This document shows positions 33,697 to 46,127 of a DNA stretch of 64,000 nt, in pieces. Both the position numbers and the translations under genes were made by a program. Every line of letters starts with the position of its first letter. Position 1 is the first letter of the stretch. The stretch is from Epithemia pelagica. Its lineage: Eukaryota; Protista; Bacillariophyta. The DNA is taken from the NCBI GenBank assembly GCA_946965045.2, contig OX337236.1, positions 1,674,001-1,738,000 on the forward strand, written 5' to 3'. The notes below the pieces were generated by a model, which was not told the origin of the DNA, did no database searches, and saw nothing but the letters and a program-made list of their open reading frames with translations.

Positions 33697-35826
33697 ATGT
33701 CATCTGGGTTCTGGAAACCGGCTTCAGTATCTGCTCAGAATGTTTTCCGCGATGAAGAAGCGAGAGGAGGTGAATACGGTTTGTCGGTGCCACCAGCAGC
33801 ACGAAATGTTCCCTTGGCGAGGCAGCGCATGCTTTTGCCCATTTACAAACACAAGCGACAAATCATTTACGCACTGGAAAACTACGGTTGCCTCATCATT
33901 GTGGGTGAAACGGGTAGTGGAAAATCAACCCAGCTTCCTCAGTACCTATATGAGGCTGGATGGGCCCAGCACGGATTTCAAATTGTGTGCTCGCAGCCTC
34001 GACGCTTGGCTGCCACGTCTTTGTCCCAACGCGTCGCACAGGAGATGGGCACCCGAAATGGCCAAGTTGTTGGATACACGGTCCGATTTGACGACCAGTC
34101 GACAGAAGACGTGACGCGAATCAAATACGTTACAGATGGAATCTTGCTGCGAGAGGCGACCTTGCACGATCCTCTGCTTTCCAAGTACTCGGTTGTAATT
34201 TGTGATGAGGCCCATGAACGAAACTTGAACACAGACGTCCTATTGGGGTTGATCAAGAAAATTCGTGAAAAAAGAAAAGACCTAAGAGTGATAGTGTGTA
34301 GTGCTACGATTGATGCTCAGGCGTTTTTGGATTTCTTTGTCAATAACCAAAACAAGAACGAACCTCCTTCCTCTAAGAAAGGTCGTTGGGGCGACAAAGT
34401 TGGATCGACAAGAGTTCCCGCTGACTATGGAACAATCATTTCGGTCGACGGACGGCAATTCAACGTGGACACATTCTTTGCCCATAGTCCAGTGCAGAAC
34501 TACCTCGAAGCAACCATCGATACGTGCAGAAAGATCCACAAACTGGAAGGGGCCGGTCACGTACTTTGTTTCTTGCCCTCCGGTGAAGATATTGACACTG
34601 TAATTCGTATGGCTGATGATTGGTTTGAAAATGAACTACATACTGTCGAGTTTGTTCCCCTTTATGGGAGTCTTCCGCAGTACATGCAAGCTAGAATTTT
34701 TGACGCATCCAACAATCCTAAGGTGAGACGATTCGTGTTTGCTACAAACATTGCCGAAACCTCCATCACCGTACCGGGCATATGTTTTGTGGTTGATTGC
34801 GGCCTTGTCAAGCTCCCTTATTTCGACCCCATCACATCCATGGAACGACTGATTGTTGGGCCCATAAGTCAGGCTAGTGCTCGACAGAGATCCGGTAGAG
34901 CGGGAAGAATCCAGTCCGGAAAGTCTTTTCGTTTGTTTACCGAGAAATTCTTCAATGAAAAGATGCAAGCTCAAACTCTTCCCGAGATTGTCCGCACAAA
35001 CCTCACGTCATTGGTGTTAACACTCAAGGCACTTGGTGTTGACAATATCCTTACATTCGAGTTCATGGATCTTCCTGGAATTGATTCCATCTCGCATGCC
35101 TTGGAAACCCTTTATGCTTTGGGAGCCATGGATGGCAAAACCAACCTCACGGCTCTGGGCATGGATTTGTCCAGATTTCCGACCGAGCCAAGAGTATCAC
35201 GAATGCTTCTTGAATCATTGTCAGAAAAGTGTTCTTGGGAGGTCCTCGCCGTTGCCAGTGCACTGCAAGTTCGGGACCTTTTGCACAAACCTCATTCCAA
35301 AAACCATCAAAAGACTCTCGATTACCAAGAAGCCATGTCCGAATTTGCCGATCCATCTGGAGATCACGTAACATATGCAAATATCCTTTCCGAACTGGAA
35401 GATCGACAATGGGGCGAAGAGGACTGCAAGGAAAGGTTTATTCATTTTGCAGCGGCGCGAAGGGCTTGTGAGATCCGTCGGCAGCTCGCCCGATTCTTGA
35501 GTCGATTTGGTGCTGTCAATGCACTTGGCATTACCGATGGAGATGGGACACTTCGGAGCAAAGCAATTCGAAGATCCGTCACCGCAGGGTTCTTTTTCAA
35601 TATAGCAAAACTAGGTTCCGATGGACGATACTACACGTTGCGGAAAGATATTTTGGTTACACCGTCGTCCAATAGTGTATTCTCCACGCATGGCGGCTTG
35701 ATGGGTACGGAATACATTGTCTATGGCGAGACCGTCGATGGCATGAGAGGGGGAATTGAACTTAAGGCTGTGTCGACGGTGGAAGCCTCCTGGTTAAAAT
35801 CAATTGCCCCGCATTACTGGGAATGA
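33697..35826 (+). CDS. DHX35: DEAH-box RNA helicase, DHX35-like
   Basis: GETGSGKSTQLPQYL, DEAHER, SAT, TNIAETSIT, QRSGRAGR and HA2 region; N-terminal FWKP motif and LPIYKHKRQIIYALENY resemble DHX35. Confidence 0.88.
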   Translation: MSSGFWKPASVSAQNVFRDEEARGGEYGLSVPPAARNVPLARQRMLLPIYKHKRQIIYALENYGCLIIVGETGSGKSTQLPQYLYEAGWAQHGFQIVCSQPRRLAATSLSQRVAQEMGTRNGQVVGYTVRFDDQSTEDVTRIKYVTDGILLREATLHDPLLSKYSVVICDEAHERNLNTDVLLGLIKKIREKRKDLRVIVCSATIDAQAFLDFFVNNQNKNEPPSSKKGRWGDKVGSTRVPADYGTIISVDGRQFNVDTFFAHSPVQNYLEATIDTCRKIHKLEGAGHVLCFLPSGEDIDTVIRMADDWFENELHTVEFVPLYGSLPQYMQARIFDASNNPKVRRFVFATNIAETSITVPGICFVVDCGLVKLPYFDPITSMERLIVGPISQASARQRSGRAGRIQSGKSFRLFTEKFFNEKMQAQTLPEIVRTNLTSLVLTLKALGVDNILTFEFMDLPGIDSISHALETLYALGAMDGKTNLTALGMDLSRFPTEPRVSRMLLESLSEKCSWEVLAVASALQVRDLLHKPHSKNHQKTLDYQEAMSEFADPSGDHVTYANILSELEDRQWGEEDCKERFIHFAAARRACEIRRQLARFLSRFGAVNALGITDGDGTLRSKAIRRSVTAGFFFNIAKLGSDGRYYTLRKDILVTPSSNSVFSTHGGLMGTEYIVYGETVDGMRGGIELKAVSTVEASWLKSIAPHYWE

Positions 35827-36132
35827 TCGATACGATTTATGCCGCACTCATCAGGACCATCGGTCGTGCAACGACCGCGAAAACCCATGTCGTGGTTCCG
35901 GGCGCTAGATTATAGCAGGGTTCCGATAACGAATGTCTGGCATGAGGACAACAGCTCTTGTTCACCAGAATGACAAGTTTCACAAAACTTGCTGTTTACC
36001 CCAAAGACCAAAGAGTGTTTTGTTTGGTCATTACCGCAAAGAATCGAGTATTAGCGTCGTAGCGGACGGGTAGACATGGAAGAAAGCAATGTTTCACTTG
36101 TTTTCATAGCTACACAGGGTCTAGGATTCACC

Positions 36133-39100
36133 TTATCCCTGTGGGTCACTCTTACGCAAAAAACCAGATACCGATAAAGATGAGGTATAATCCACACCAT
36201 ATTGTTCCAGAAGACTTTCAAGATCAAATTCGTGTGATTTGGTATCGGTTTGATTGTCCACCTTGAAAATGTCGAGCAGTCTGTCAGTGCCTAAACTGTA
36301 CAACGAACTGTTTTCGGCGTTCACCACAGCATCATTCATGGCTTTTTTCTTCCGTTGAAGGTCCATTATCCGCTCCTCTACTGTTTCTTGCATGACAAGC
36401 CTATATACATTCACTGTTTTAGTTTGACCAATTCTGTGCGCTCGATCCATTGCCTGCAAGTCCTGAAATGGGTTCCAGTCGTGCTCCAAAAAGATCACAG
36501 TGTCCGCACCTGTCAAATTGAGGCCCAGCGAGCCAACACGGGTGGTCAACAAGAATATCTTGATGTCAGGATCTGTATTGAAATTCTCCGCAATTAAAAC
36601 TCTTTGGGAAGGTGGAACGTTTCCGTCAAGTCGAACATACGACACGGACGGCATGATTGTTTTGAGAAGTGACTCTTCCACCACATCAAGACTCTGAGAG
36701 AACTGGGCGAAAATAAGGCATTTGGAGCCTTTGTCGCTGGTCTTCTCCTTCCAGCGAGCGCTTATCAGGGGGGTGATGCCGGGAGCGGGAGCACTTTCAT
36801 CAAGATCGCTCTCGTTCTCATCATGTTCTTCTTCACAATACAGTAGTGAGGCGTCGTTGTCCGCTGCGCTTACAACGTCATCTTTTATGCCTATTTGTCG
36901 AAGGAGATCGGCAAGAACAAGAAGCTTCCCTGAGTCGCACAGAAGAGGTCTATTGATCGCAGCGTTCTCCTTCGTTGCTACAAGCGAAGGGTGAGTACAA
37001 AGCAAACGCAGAAAAAATAGTGAACGTAGAACTTCTGATCCCAGCGATGTTTTGGATCCTTCAACACTCTGGTGCTCCGCGGCGCGTTCCAAAGCTTGAA
37101 TGCTTTTCTTCATTGCTACGCTGGCACAAAATGAACGATAGATCTCTGACTGAACTTTGCTCAAGCTACACTTGAGAACCATTATATTTTTCGGTGGGAG
37201 CTCGTTTAGTACCCTCTCTTTCTCTCGTCGCAAAATGAAAGGCCTTCAGGAAAACAATAAACGTGAGCAAAGCAATTTGGCTGTGGTTTAGGGTGGCACT
37301 CGCACTTACAAAACCTTTTGATGCAGTGATTTCAATTTCTCCATCCCGTCATTGACTTCCTTTGCAGTTGCATTGGTGGAGAAGCCCTTCTTTATTGGAC
37401 GCCCATAGGAAGAGCCAAACTTGGTTGCCGCACCTAGAAAGTTGGGCATGAGGAAATCAAAGGCAGCCCAGAGGTCTCCAACATGATTTTGGATCATGGT
37501 TCCACTCAATAGCAACCTGTGACCTGATTGGATGCGTCTCGATGCACGAGCGGTTGCAGTTTTGGGGTTCTTGAGTAAATGGCTGTAACAAGTAACAAAT
37601 CGCTATGAGAGAAAACCCATATTTAAATTGAGATGAAGACGGCCGCGTTTCTCACCCTTCGTCGAGAACGCAATAGGTCCACTGCTTTTCGCTCAGTCTT
37701 TCGATATCACTTCGGAGGGTTGAATAGCTGGTGACAACAAGATTGCAGTTGGAAGACAGCGAGCTCCATTTCTGTTCCCGATATGACGTTAAACCTACGA
37801 GAGCAACTGGACGGAAAACAGAAGAGCCGGGGAAGAACCGCTCAAGCTCGAACATCCAGTGATTGACAAGGGTTGAGGGACACACAATGAGCGAGATGGC
37901 TGCACGTGGTTCGTCCTCTCGACAATGGGCCAAAGCAATAGCTACCAAAGCTTGAAGAGTTTTCCCTGAGACAGCTGTTAGACGAATCAAACCATTTATT
38001 GAAAAACATGAAATGGGTGCGACATGCAACGTACCTAGTCCCATCGAATCTGAAAACCGAAAAGAAAGCTCGAGTGAGTCCTGACCGCGCTTGTCAAGCC
38101 TGATCCAGATGTGTCAGACAGGAAGCTTACCGCACAGAGCACCGTTCAGATGAACCGATTGAAGAAAAGATAACCACGAGACACCTTCTTGCTGGTATGC
38201 TCTCAAAGAGATACCGGCGTCGCTCAAGCTATTAGAAACTGATGGAGGGAGATGACAAGAAGGAATGGGCTTTCCAAGTATAAGATGATCAATCACAGCT
38301 GATGTGTGCGTGTCCTGTTCCTTCCCCAGTGAGATTGAATCTTCCAATCTCACGACAGGAGCAAGTTGGACAAGCGACGAAAAAACGCTAGCGGCTGGTC
38401 CTGAACAGAGAGGATCTCGATCACGCATCAGTCTCATAACGAATGGGAAGAGACTTCGAACAAAAGGGAGAAGGCCAGAACCAGATGCTTCCACCACCTT
38501 TTCAAGAAGAATGCATCCTCGCGAACGAATCTGGGTTGAGGAGCCGTAGTTTATGTTGTCGACAAGAGTTTCGAGGGCCAATTGGATCACGTCTTTGAAC
38601 TTTGATGAGCAAAGACACTGGACAACAGATATTGCTGTTGTCCTCGCCTCCTCTGGGTCGTGGTATAAACAGATGGATACCAATCGACCAACTAGAGCAG
38701 TTGCAAGGAAGCTGCATGTTTCGCTGAAATCTGCACGGAAAACAAGAACCCAAGCTAGATGAAGCGCTGAAAGCATATCTTCGTCGGAGATATTGCCATT
38801 TGCGGTTTCCAATAAATCCAACCATTTCCAAATGGGACAGATTTTCTCTCGCAAAACAGAAACGGGAGTTTTTCGCGATACGATACGAACTCCGTTGCAT
38901 GCCGTACAATTTCTCGTTGTTGCTTTTCCTCTCGACTCTTTGATTGCCGTGTAACACAATGTCCCGAAAATCTTGAAATACGAAGTCGCGTGAGAAGGGG
39001 AGTGTGCCAGAGAACCAAGTAACGACGTCAGGGCCTCGATCGTTCGGGTCAACCGAGTTTCACACGTTTCACTGTTCAGAGAAGAAACCAGAGGACGAAC

Positions 39101-42100
39101 ATATGGCGTAATCTTTGAAGGAACAGAATAGGCCAATGCAGCAGAGGATGCACAAGCCATGATTCGCATTCGTTCAACCTCCACGTTACGAAAACCACAA
39201 CCCGAGTCCATTTCGTTGCATGGTAATTCTCGAAACGCATCTCCCAAAGCTGTTGAAACGGAGCTAACGACAGACTCGATTCCATTCTGTTTCCCGTAAG
39301 CCATTTCGATCCCATGAACCATGGCCTTATCGCAGACATGGATAATCGCAGGGTCAGCCAATGTATCAAGGTTTCTCAAACGCTGTCGGATCTTTATGCA
39401 CAGAGGGTCTTCAAACAACAGAGAATGCAGTTGAGGTTGCAAACTTAACAAGTACTGATGATTGTGATTAGTGGCCAAAGACCGGAGTAACAGACATCCT
39501 GCCTCACAATGCGCCACCCAAGGTGTCTGAAACCAGGTTTTCAGAGCAAGTTGAAGAACCCGGCTAGGAAAGTATGTGGCTTGTCTACTGGAGAAGAACG
39601 CAACCATTTCGCAAGCTTTATCCCAAACGTGAAACTGTCCGGTGGGAGCACAGAATCGGCGGAACAAAGATAAGTAGAGATCCTTCTCCACATCCATAAA
39701 TGCATCCAAATTGAATTTGAAGACTTGATAGGATAACTGATTTGCCAATTGTCTCCAAGTTTTCTCCATCTCTTCAATGAAGCCACATGATAATTTTTCT
39801 GCGCTTTGGTCGATGTCATGCTCTTGCAGAAAGAAACTGAACAATCGTAGGATTATATCTTTGCAAGTGGAAATAATATCCCGCGTAGACCCTGGAGTAC
39901 CCTTCACGAAGCTGTCTGTAGAATTTTGAGAATAACCAATCGCAAAAGACAGGCTCCCCAGCGACATGACGGCAGAAATTCGGACGGATTCGTAATCAGA
40001 GTCGAGGAATTTGGACAGCATTCCAAAGACATCCTCCAGTCTATGCGATGACATCAGTACTCTTCCAATATCATTCTTGCATGCGAGGAGTTCTGAAAGA
40101 AGAGCAATTAAATCAGGAACACTCGAAGAAAACGGCTGGGAGCGATCAAGACTCTTGTAAAGCTGCGAAATGAGGTCATTAGAAGTGTGGAACAAGTCAT
40201 CCATGATAGTAACATTGTCATCATTCACTAGCTGGGAAGACGCTAATGTCGAGGGGGGTGGGACAGACTGTTTGACCATTTCGCGCAATATTTGGGCTGC
40301 CATGCAAACAACGTCGTCGCTTGGGTCCTGCAAATGACACGAAGCTATTCGTTCTACTCGGTCCCAGAGAGGCTGGATCGAGCGAAATGAAGATACCAGG
40401 GATTTGGTGGAAGCATCCTCTTCGAGATTACGATTGCTGGCTGGTAGCAAGTTCTTTTGAATCACCCAGTCTCGTTCCGCCTTTCGCCACAACAGAACCA
40501 CCATGTATTTCAACGAAGCAAGGACTCCTTGTCGTATTTCCCAAATATCTTCGACTTCCTCATCGTCATTGCTGCTACCGTCCGGCGCGATTGCTGGCTT
40601 TAGGCACATCAGGCGGTGTTCCAACACGTCCACGATCCTTACTTGTTGCCGTGCGGGAAACAAGGTGCACAAGAGGGCAATAAGTTGCCCTGCTGTTTCA
40701 CGAATGGGGGCGACCACACCTCCTTGGAAGTACAAGGACGGCCCACTGTCAATATCGGAAGATTTGATGTCTTGACCTGGTTTTCCACCCATGTCTTCTT
40801 GCATGGAGAACGCTCCCGAAAAATCGCCAAACCGATCAAGGACAAGAATCGCCATGGTACGGACAAGCAGATCATGGGGCCATGCACAGCGTCCGCCAAC
40901 GACCTTGTTGTCCAGGTCTTCCGTTGACGCAACAACCGAAATTAGAGAGTGTTGCCAAGAACGCACCAAGGCCAACAACCCCAACAGGGCACCGTGTCGA
41001 ATCTGCCAGGAGGGATCCAGCATATGGTACAGCAACTCGGTGGCCAGCAATTGCTGAAGATTCAGTTGACTACTAAGTGCACAATTCTCCCCTTCCATTT
41101 TCTTTGAATGTGGATTCATTGATCGTCGAACCTCAAGTACCAACAAGTTTTGAAAGGCCGAAGCTCGGACCAATGCTTTTTCCTTGGCCAGATCCTGCTC
41201 GTTTTTGTCGATGCGTTTTCGTTTGCGTCGGTTCGACTCTTTGCTCTTTGTCGTTTTCTTCTTTCCTTTCTTTTTCAATATGGGTTTTGTTTCCTCTGTT
41301 TCTCCTGAATGATTTCTCTCATTGGGGTTGTCGACTAGATACGATGTATCTTGATTCGTGAACAATAGGGCGTTCAACCCCAATCGGCGTGCCAGTTGAT
41401 CACGTTGCCACTTTGTCCGATCATGCACAATCGTTCCTTCGGCGAGATCCCCGTTATTTCTTGCATCTGTGGTTGTGAGTTGCTGTAGTTGTTCCTTTTC
41501 CAGCTCCAATTGATCTTGTTCCCACTGAGAAGCAGCCGTGACGTATAAAGGTCGTCCATATCGCAACAGATCGTTCCAAAAACTGGGCGATTCCGCTTGA
41601 TCCAACGACAAATAATATGAATTCTTGGAGAAGGATGGAGTGATTGTCTCCTGGTTCTCACCTGATTTTGATTGCTCCGCAGTGTCAGGATTCGGAATCT
41701 GAGCTTTAGCAGGAATTCCTTCTTCGTAATGAGGTTGTTGTTGCCTCCAAAATTCGAGTTGATCCTTGAGTGGCACAAGACTCGCAATGCGCTCCAGCGC
41801 GTGTGACGTTTGAACGCGAGATTTCCATGAATTCCCACCACGTTTGATATCTTCGTTTCCACAGAGACATATTTGCAACCGACCCAAGATTCTCCACAAT
41901 AACAAGACGGAAGTTTCGGATGGCTGTTGTTTGTTTTCTCCCATAGAACTACAGCTATTATACAATTGATCCACAGCCGCCTCAACCATTTCCAGACTGC
42001 CTTCCCGAATCACTCGCAGCAATCGTTCCATATGAGGTGTAATCTCACCATTATTGTCAACAACACCTTCATGATTGTCCTTGCGTTTCGCCATGGTCGA

Positions 42101-42352
42101 CGAGAGATCTACGAGTATGTCATGCGCCCCCTGATTTGATTTTGGGGGTCTCTTTCTTTTAAATGCGACCGCGTCTTTCTCTTGAGACTTTTGGGGGCCG
42201 TCGGATGAAACGGGTCTGGTCTGGGACTGGGAGTGGGAAACGGATGTTCCTCGACGCATGATGATAATCTGTAAGGTTAGGTGACAGTATAGGGCCATGA
42301 ACATCCCAGGAGTCGTTGTTACCGGAACTCGTCGTTTCCCAGACAGCATCAA
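36133..42352 (-). CDS. BTAF1: Mot1/BTAF1 TBP-associated SNF2 ATPase; introns 38050-38130, 37966-38034, 37583-37655, 37244-37309; start likely 42094
   Basis: Mot1 N-terminal HEAT motifs (DPSWQIRHG; LDRFGDF...VVAPIRETAGQL); spliced SNF2 core LRAYQQEG...C|DSMGL|GKTLQ, DEG|HLLKN, LSGTMIQN, PFILRR; HELICc motifs SGKL, YVRLDG, LGLNLTGADTVIF, DLQAMDRAHRIGQ. Confidence 0.92.
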
Positions 42353-43556
42353 TCTCTCTTGCGCAAGGCGTCATGTGGGTCTACCATTGAGATGTAGGTG
42401 GCGTTGGTTCTCGAGGGTTGCTTCTTTGTCGCGAGAAAACCTTCCTCGTTCGTCGTTGTATCAAGCCCCAACAACATCAACGACTGGATTGCAGCCTTCC
42501 GACAAAACGTGGCAACGATATCCTTTTCATATCCGAAGAAGATTTCTTTCTTCTTCTTCGGATCTCGCAAAGACACCAGAAAATGTGATTGTCAGTAAGG
42601 ATGGAGTGGAGGGGCGGCCCATCGATTTTGACGTCCAGTCGAAAATTGAAGGCAACGAATCCCAAATCGTCACCATAACTCTTGAACCAGGACAAGTTCT
42701 TCGTGCAGAAAGTGGTGGTACGTCCCATGGATATGACGCTGCTCCTTCATGGCCTGATTCTTTCTCTCAATGAATTGTCTCTATAGCGATGATGTACATG
42801 ACACAGGGGGTGGAGATGAACACAACGACAGGTGGTGGGCTGAGCAGTGGTTTTCAAAGAATGCTGACAGGTCAAAATTTTTTCATTTCGGACTACACAT
42901 ACTCGGGAGCCGAAGGAAGCGTAGGACAGGTTGCTTTGGGAACAGATTTCCCTTCCAAGATTGTTCGACTAAATGTACCCGAATACGGCGGGAAGATTAC
43001 CTGTCAAAAAGGCGCCCTTCTCTGCGCGTCACACAATATTGATATTCAAATGGAATTCAGCAAGAATATTTCAACTGGATTCTTTGGTGGAGAAGGATTC
43101 ATATTGCAAGGTCTAACGGGTGACGGAGATGTGTTTGTGAAAGCGGGTGGGACTTTGATTCGTCGTAATCTCAACGACAACGAGAAACTACGCATATCCT
43201 CGGGCTGCTTGGTTGCATTTTCTAGTGGAGTCGATTATGGTAACTGAGGATACTGTGCTTGACGACATGCTCAATGGAACAAGGCTGTCGTACTCACTAA
43301 TGTGCTTACTTTCCTTGCCCGTTTAGACGTTGAAATGATCAAGGGACTTGCCAATGTTTTTGCTAGTGGGGAAGGTCTTTTCATGACTACATTGACTGGT
43401 CCTGGAACCGTGTGGCTTCAGGGACAACCACCTGAACGAATGATTGGTGAGATCTCTCGTCGTGTGCCATCCGGAGGACCAGGCCTAGTGGTACCTGTGG
43501 GTGTTGGGGGAGGAGGCGGTTCAAGCGGAAATGGAGGGGGCGAAACATCTCAGTAG
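42297..43556 (+). CDS. AIM24: AIM24 / TIGR00266 (DUF124) family protein; introns 42718-42786 and 43240-43326
   Basis: Spliced LEPGQVLRAESG|AMMYM, CQKGALLC, FFGGEGFILQ, SGEGLFMTTLTGPGTVWLQ; R-rich mitochondrial-type N-terminus. Confidence 0.85.
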
Positions 43557-43853
43557 AAGAGAGTCGTGCCTATTCTCGCCTTGGTTGGCCCTTTGCAACT
43601 TCTCCGAAGTGTTGGATGTTGGATGCACCACGCACTGCTAGTAAGACGTCTTCGAGGGTGTCTTGTCTACCTAGAAACTGCTGACGAGTGGTCTGGAAAG
43701 TTGAAAAAGATGGCGGCGTCACTAATTCTACACTGGCTGCTTTGTTTGATAGTAGACGAGGTGAAGAAGTACGTTGGTGTCAACCGACTTAGTCATCTAA
43801 ATTAGCTTCAAGTTTACATTTTACTATTTCCAAAAGTGCGCTGTCCCCTCGCT

Positions 43854-44972
43854 TTAACCTGAGAAAACGCTGTCGTTCTCTGGATCCCATAACAGTGCAG
43901 TATCGAGTGTGCACCGATACAGATCGGTGGACTGCACGGCTAAGCTGTCTTCTTGTGCACGGTCAAGAGCTCTTAGACTACTCTTGGCTGAGGATTGCGT
44001 CGAGACTTCACGGAGGCGTTCCGTATCATAGCGACCAGAATGCCACTGAGCGCCAACCTCTCTCATCACCTTCCGCTCGTGCTCCCGCCTGACCAGATAG
44101 GTTGTTTGACGACCAGAGAAGTCGACGGTGTGGTCTTCCAAACCTCGACTACTCAAAATGGGTGTGAAACATGGAAACACTGTGAGAGGGACCTTTGGTA
44201 GATCCAACGGAGATTTGTTCCCGGAACCAACGTACATGCTGTCTTCGTTCTCATTCCAAAACGCTGACCCATAGGAGTGTAGATGACTTTTGTACTTTGT
44301 CAAAAGAGCTCTTCGTTCCACCTTACAGCTCCGGCTCTCAGATTCACTCCAAAAGTATCTAGCTCTTTCTTCCTCTGTTAGTGGGTCATCGGAATCTTTG
44401 TAGTGTATCGTTCTTGTGAACCTGACATTACGAACAGTTCGGTCTCCGTTGGCTTTTCGAGCCCTTTTTTGGAAGGGTTGCGATGTATGTGTATTAAGTG
44501 GTGACGACAATCGTGATTCGTCGTCAGATACAACCTTAGGAGAGTCCACATGTTTTGTTGGATTGAGTCGGCCGTCTGCTATTCTCATATCGATGCATCT
44601 GTACGGACTTGACGGATCATTATCCTGGGAAACTGAACACCTGGAATCGTCCTCCCAGCAAGTTGCCCAAAAGTTGTCGTCTCCACATGAATAAAGAGGG
44701 AAGCTGTGTGACCTGTGGTGATATTGCTGCAACATGCTTCCAGAGATTCCAGTGTCTTTAGTATGAGATACTTTCTCGGCCTTTCGGAGTTTGGACTTGT
44801 TTTCCGACTTTGGAAGAGAATGTGATCTAAGCTTGGCCTTTCCTTGTACTCTTGGAGACCGGGGAGGAACATACAGGGCGTCCTCTTTTGCTACAGATAC
44901 CATTTCGTGCAAGAAACAATGGCGAGTAAGTCCTCTTTCGTCTTTGCTCAATGAAGGGATGAAGGGCTTCAC
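43854..44972 (-). CDS. Hypothetical protein of a diatom-type family (VRF...FW...RGLE...QED motif set)
   Basis: 372-aa ORF with RNVRFT..., LTEEERARYFWS, SRGLEDH, LREVSTQSS...ALDRAQED. Confidence 0.7.
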   Translation of the reverse strand: MKPFIPSLSKDERGLTRHCFLHEMVSVAKEDALYVPPRSPRVQGKAKLRSHSLPKSENKSKLRKAEKVSHTKDTGISGSMLQQYHHRSHSFPLYSCGDDNFWATCWEDDSRCSVSQDNDPSSPYRCIDMRIADGRLNPTKHVDSPKVVSDDESRLSSPLNTHTSQPFQKRARKANGDRTVRNVRFTRTIHYKDSDDPLTEEERARYFWSESESRSCKVERRALLTKYKSHLHSYGSAFWNENEDSMYVGSGNKSPLDLPKVPLTVFPCFTPILSSRGLEDHTVDFSGRQTTYLVRREHERKVMREVGAQWHSGRYDTERLREVSTQSSAKSSLRALDRAQEDSLAVQSTDLYRCTLDTALLWDPENDSVFSG

Positions 44973-45262
44973 CGATTGTGATTGGACGAGAAGTCAAATA
45001 ATAATGTAGAGCTTGTGCGCGCAGGTCGAATATCCTCAACGGACGGGAAGCCTACCGTTGGTCCGTTCGTTTCTGTTGAATTCTAACCGAAGGTGGTACG
45101 CGCGCGTGATGGCTTATAAATGCTCCGACATCATGAGATTTTACTTACAAACCTAAAAATGCATCCCTCCATGCCGTTCCGCCAGTATCGTGTTATTCAA
45201 ATGGAACAGTCGAACGAGGTGCACAACCATGCCGTTCAACTGAAGCGGGTCATTTCCACAGC

Positions 45263-45915
45263 ATGATTCTCCTCGCCCACTCGTCAAACTTTGCACCAGA
45301 GAATACCCTTTGTTTCAGCATGGTCGTTTTTGACGCAAACCCGTTGCCTCTTGACCGGGCCGCCACAATAGACATCAATGAGTTGTATGGCAAGAAGAAG
45401 CGGTGCGGAAAGAATAAGAGTGTCCGGTTCTCCGCCAGTGGGCCGTCGATTTTCTTTGGTTACACGGACACAGACGAGTCGAAGCAAGAGTGCTTCTATT
45501 CGGTGAGTATTCTATTGCTTTGAAATGGGCCTATATGATCTCGCAATCTCATCGTGTCCTACGCTTTGTTTCAAATTTTCAGAGGAAAGAGCGTCGTCGG
45601 TTCGATGAGGACCGCATACGTACATGCACCGTCTTCCAGAAAAAATGGAATAAAGGTGAACAATGGAAGGAAACAGTCGATATGACTCTTCATGGACTTG
45701 AAGACTTCTTTGGTCGATGGAGCAAGGAAGAAACCCGGCGAATGCACAGTGCCAAGGTGTTGAAAGAACAGAGACGACAGAGAAATGCTGTGGAAGAGCT
45801 GGACGAGGTCACTCTTCGATATGTCTCGAGCGAAAGTTCAGGGGAATCTAGGGCCAAGGCTCTACAATTGGGACAACGACACTCGCTGGCAGTTGCAGCA
45901 TCTTGGTGTTCATGA
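45263..45915 (+). CDS. Hypothetical protein related to 43854-44972; intron 45503-45582
   Basis: KSVRFS...CFYS|RKERRRF, LHGLEDF, VLKEQRRQR, LRYVSSESS...ALQLGQRH; canonical GTGAG...TTTTCAG intron keeps the frame. Confidence 0.7.
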
Positions 45916-46127
45916 CACCTTGTTCGCATGCTTCCGTCACATTAGTGTGCTATCAACTTGTTGTTTCATGCTTGACGAATTCAGTCTACAGAATGTCTCG
46001 ATCCTTAGTTAAGGGGAGCCAGGGTAGAGGTTACTTTTTTGGGTTAAAGACACGCGTCGGTAGTTTCGGCAAATCGGTGTTACGACACCTCGTCTGCATA
46101 GTTTCATAAGCCTTTTAATATCTATGT

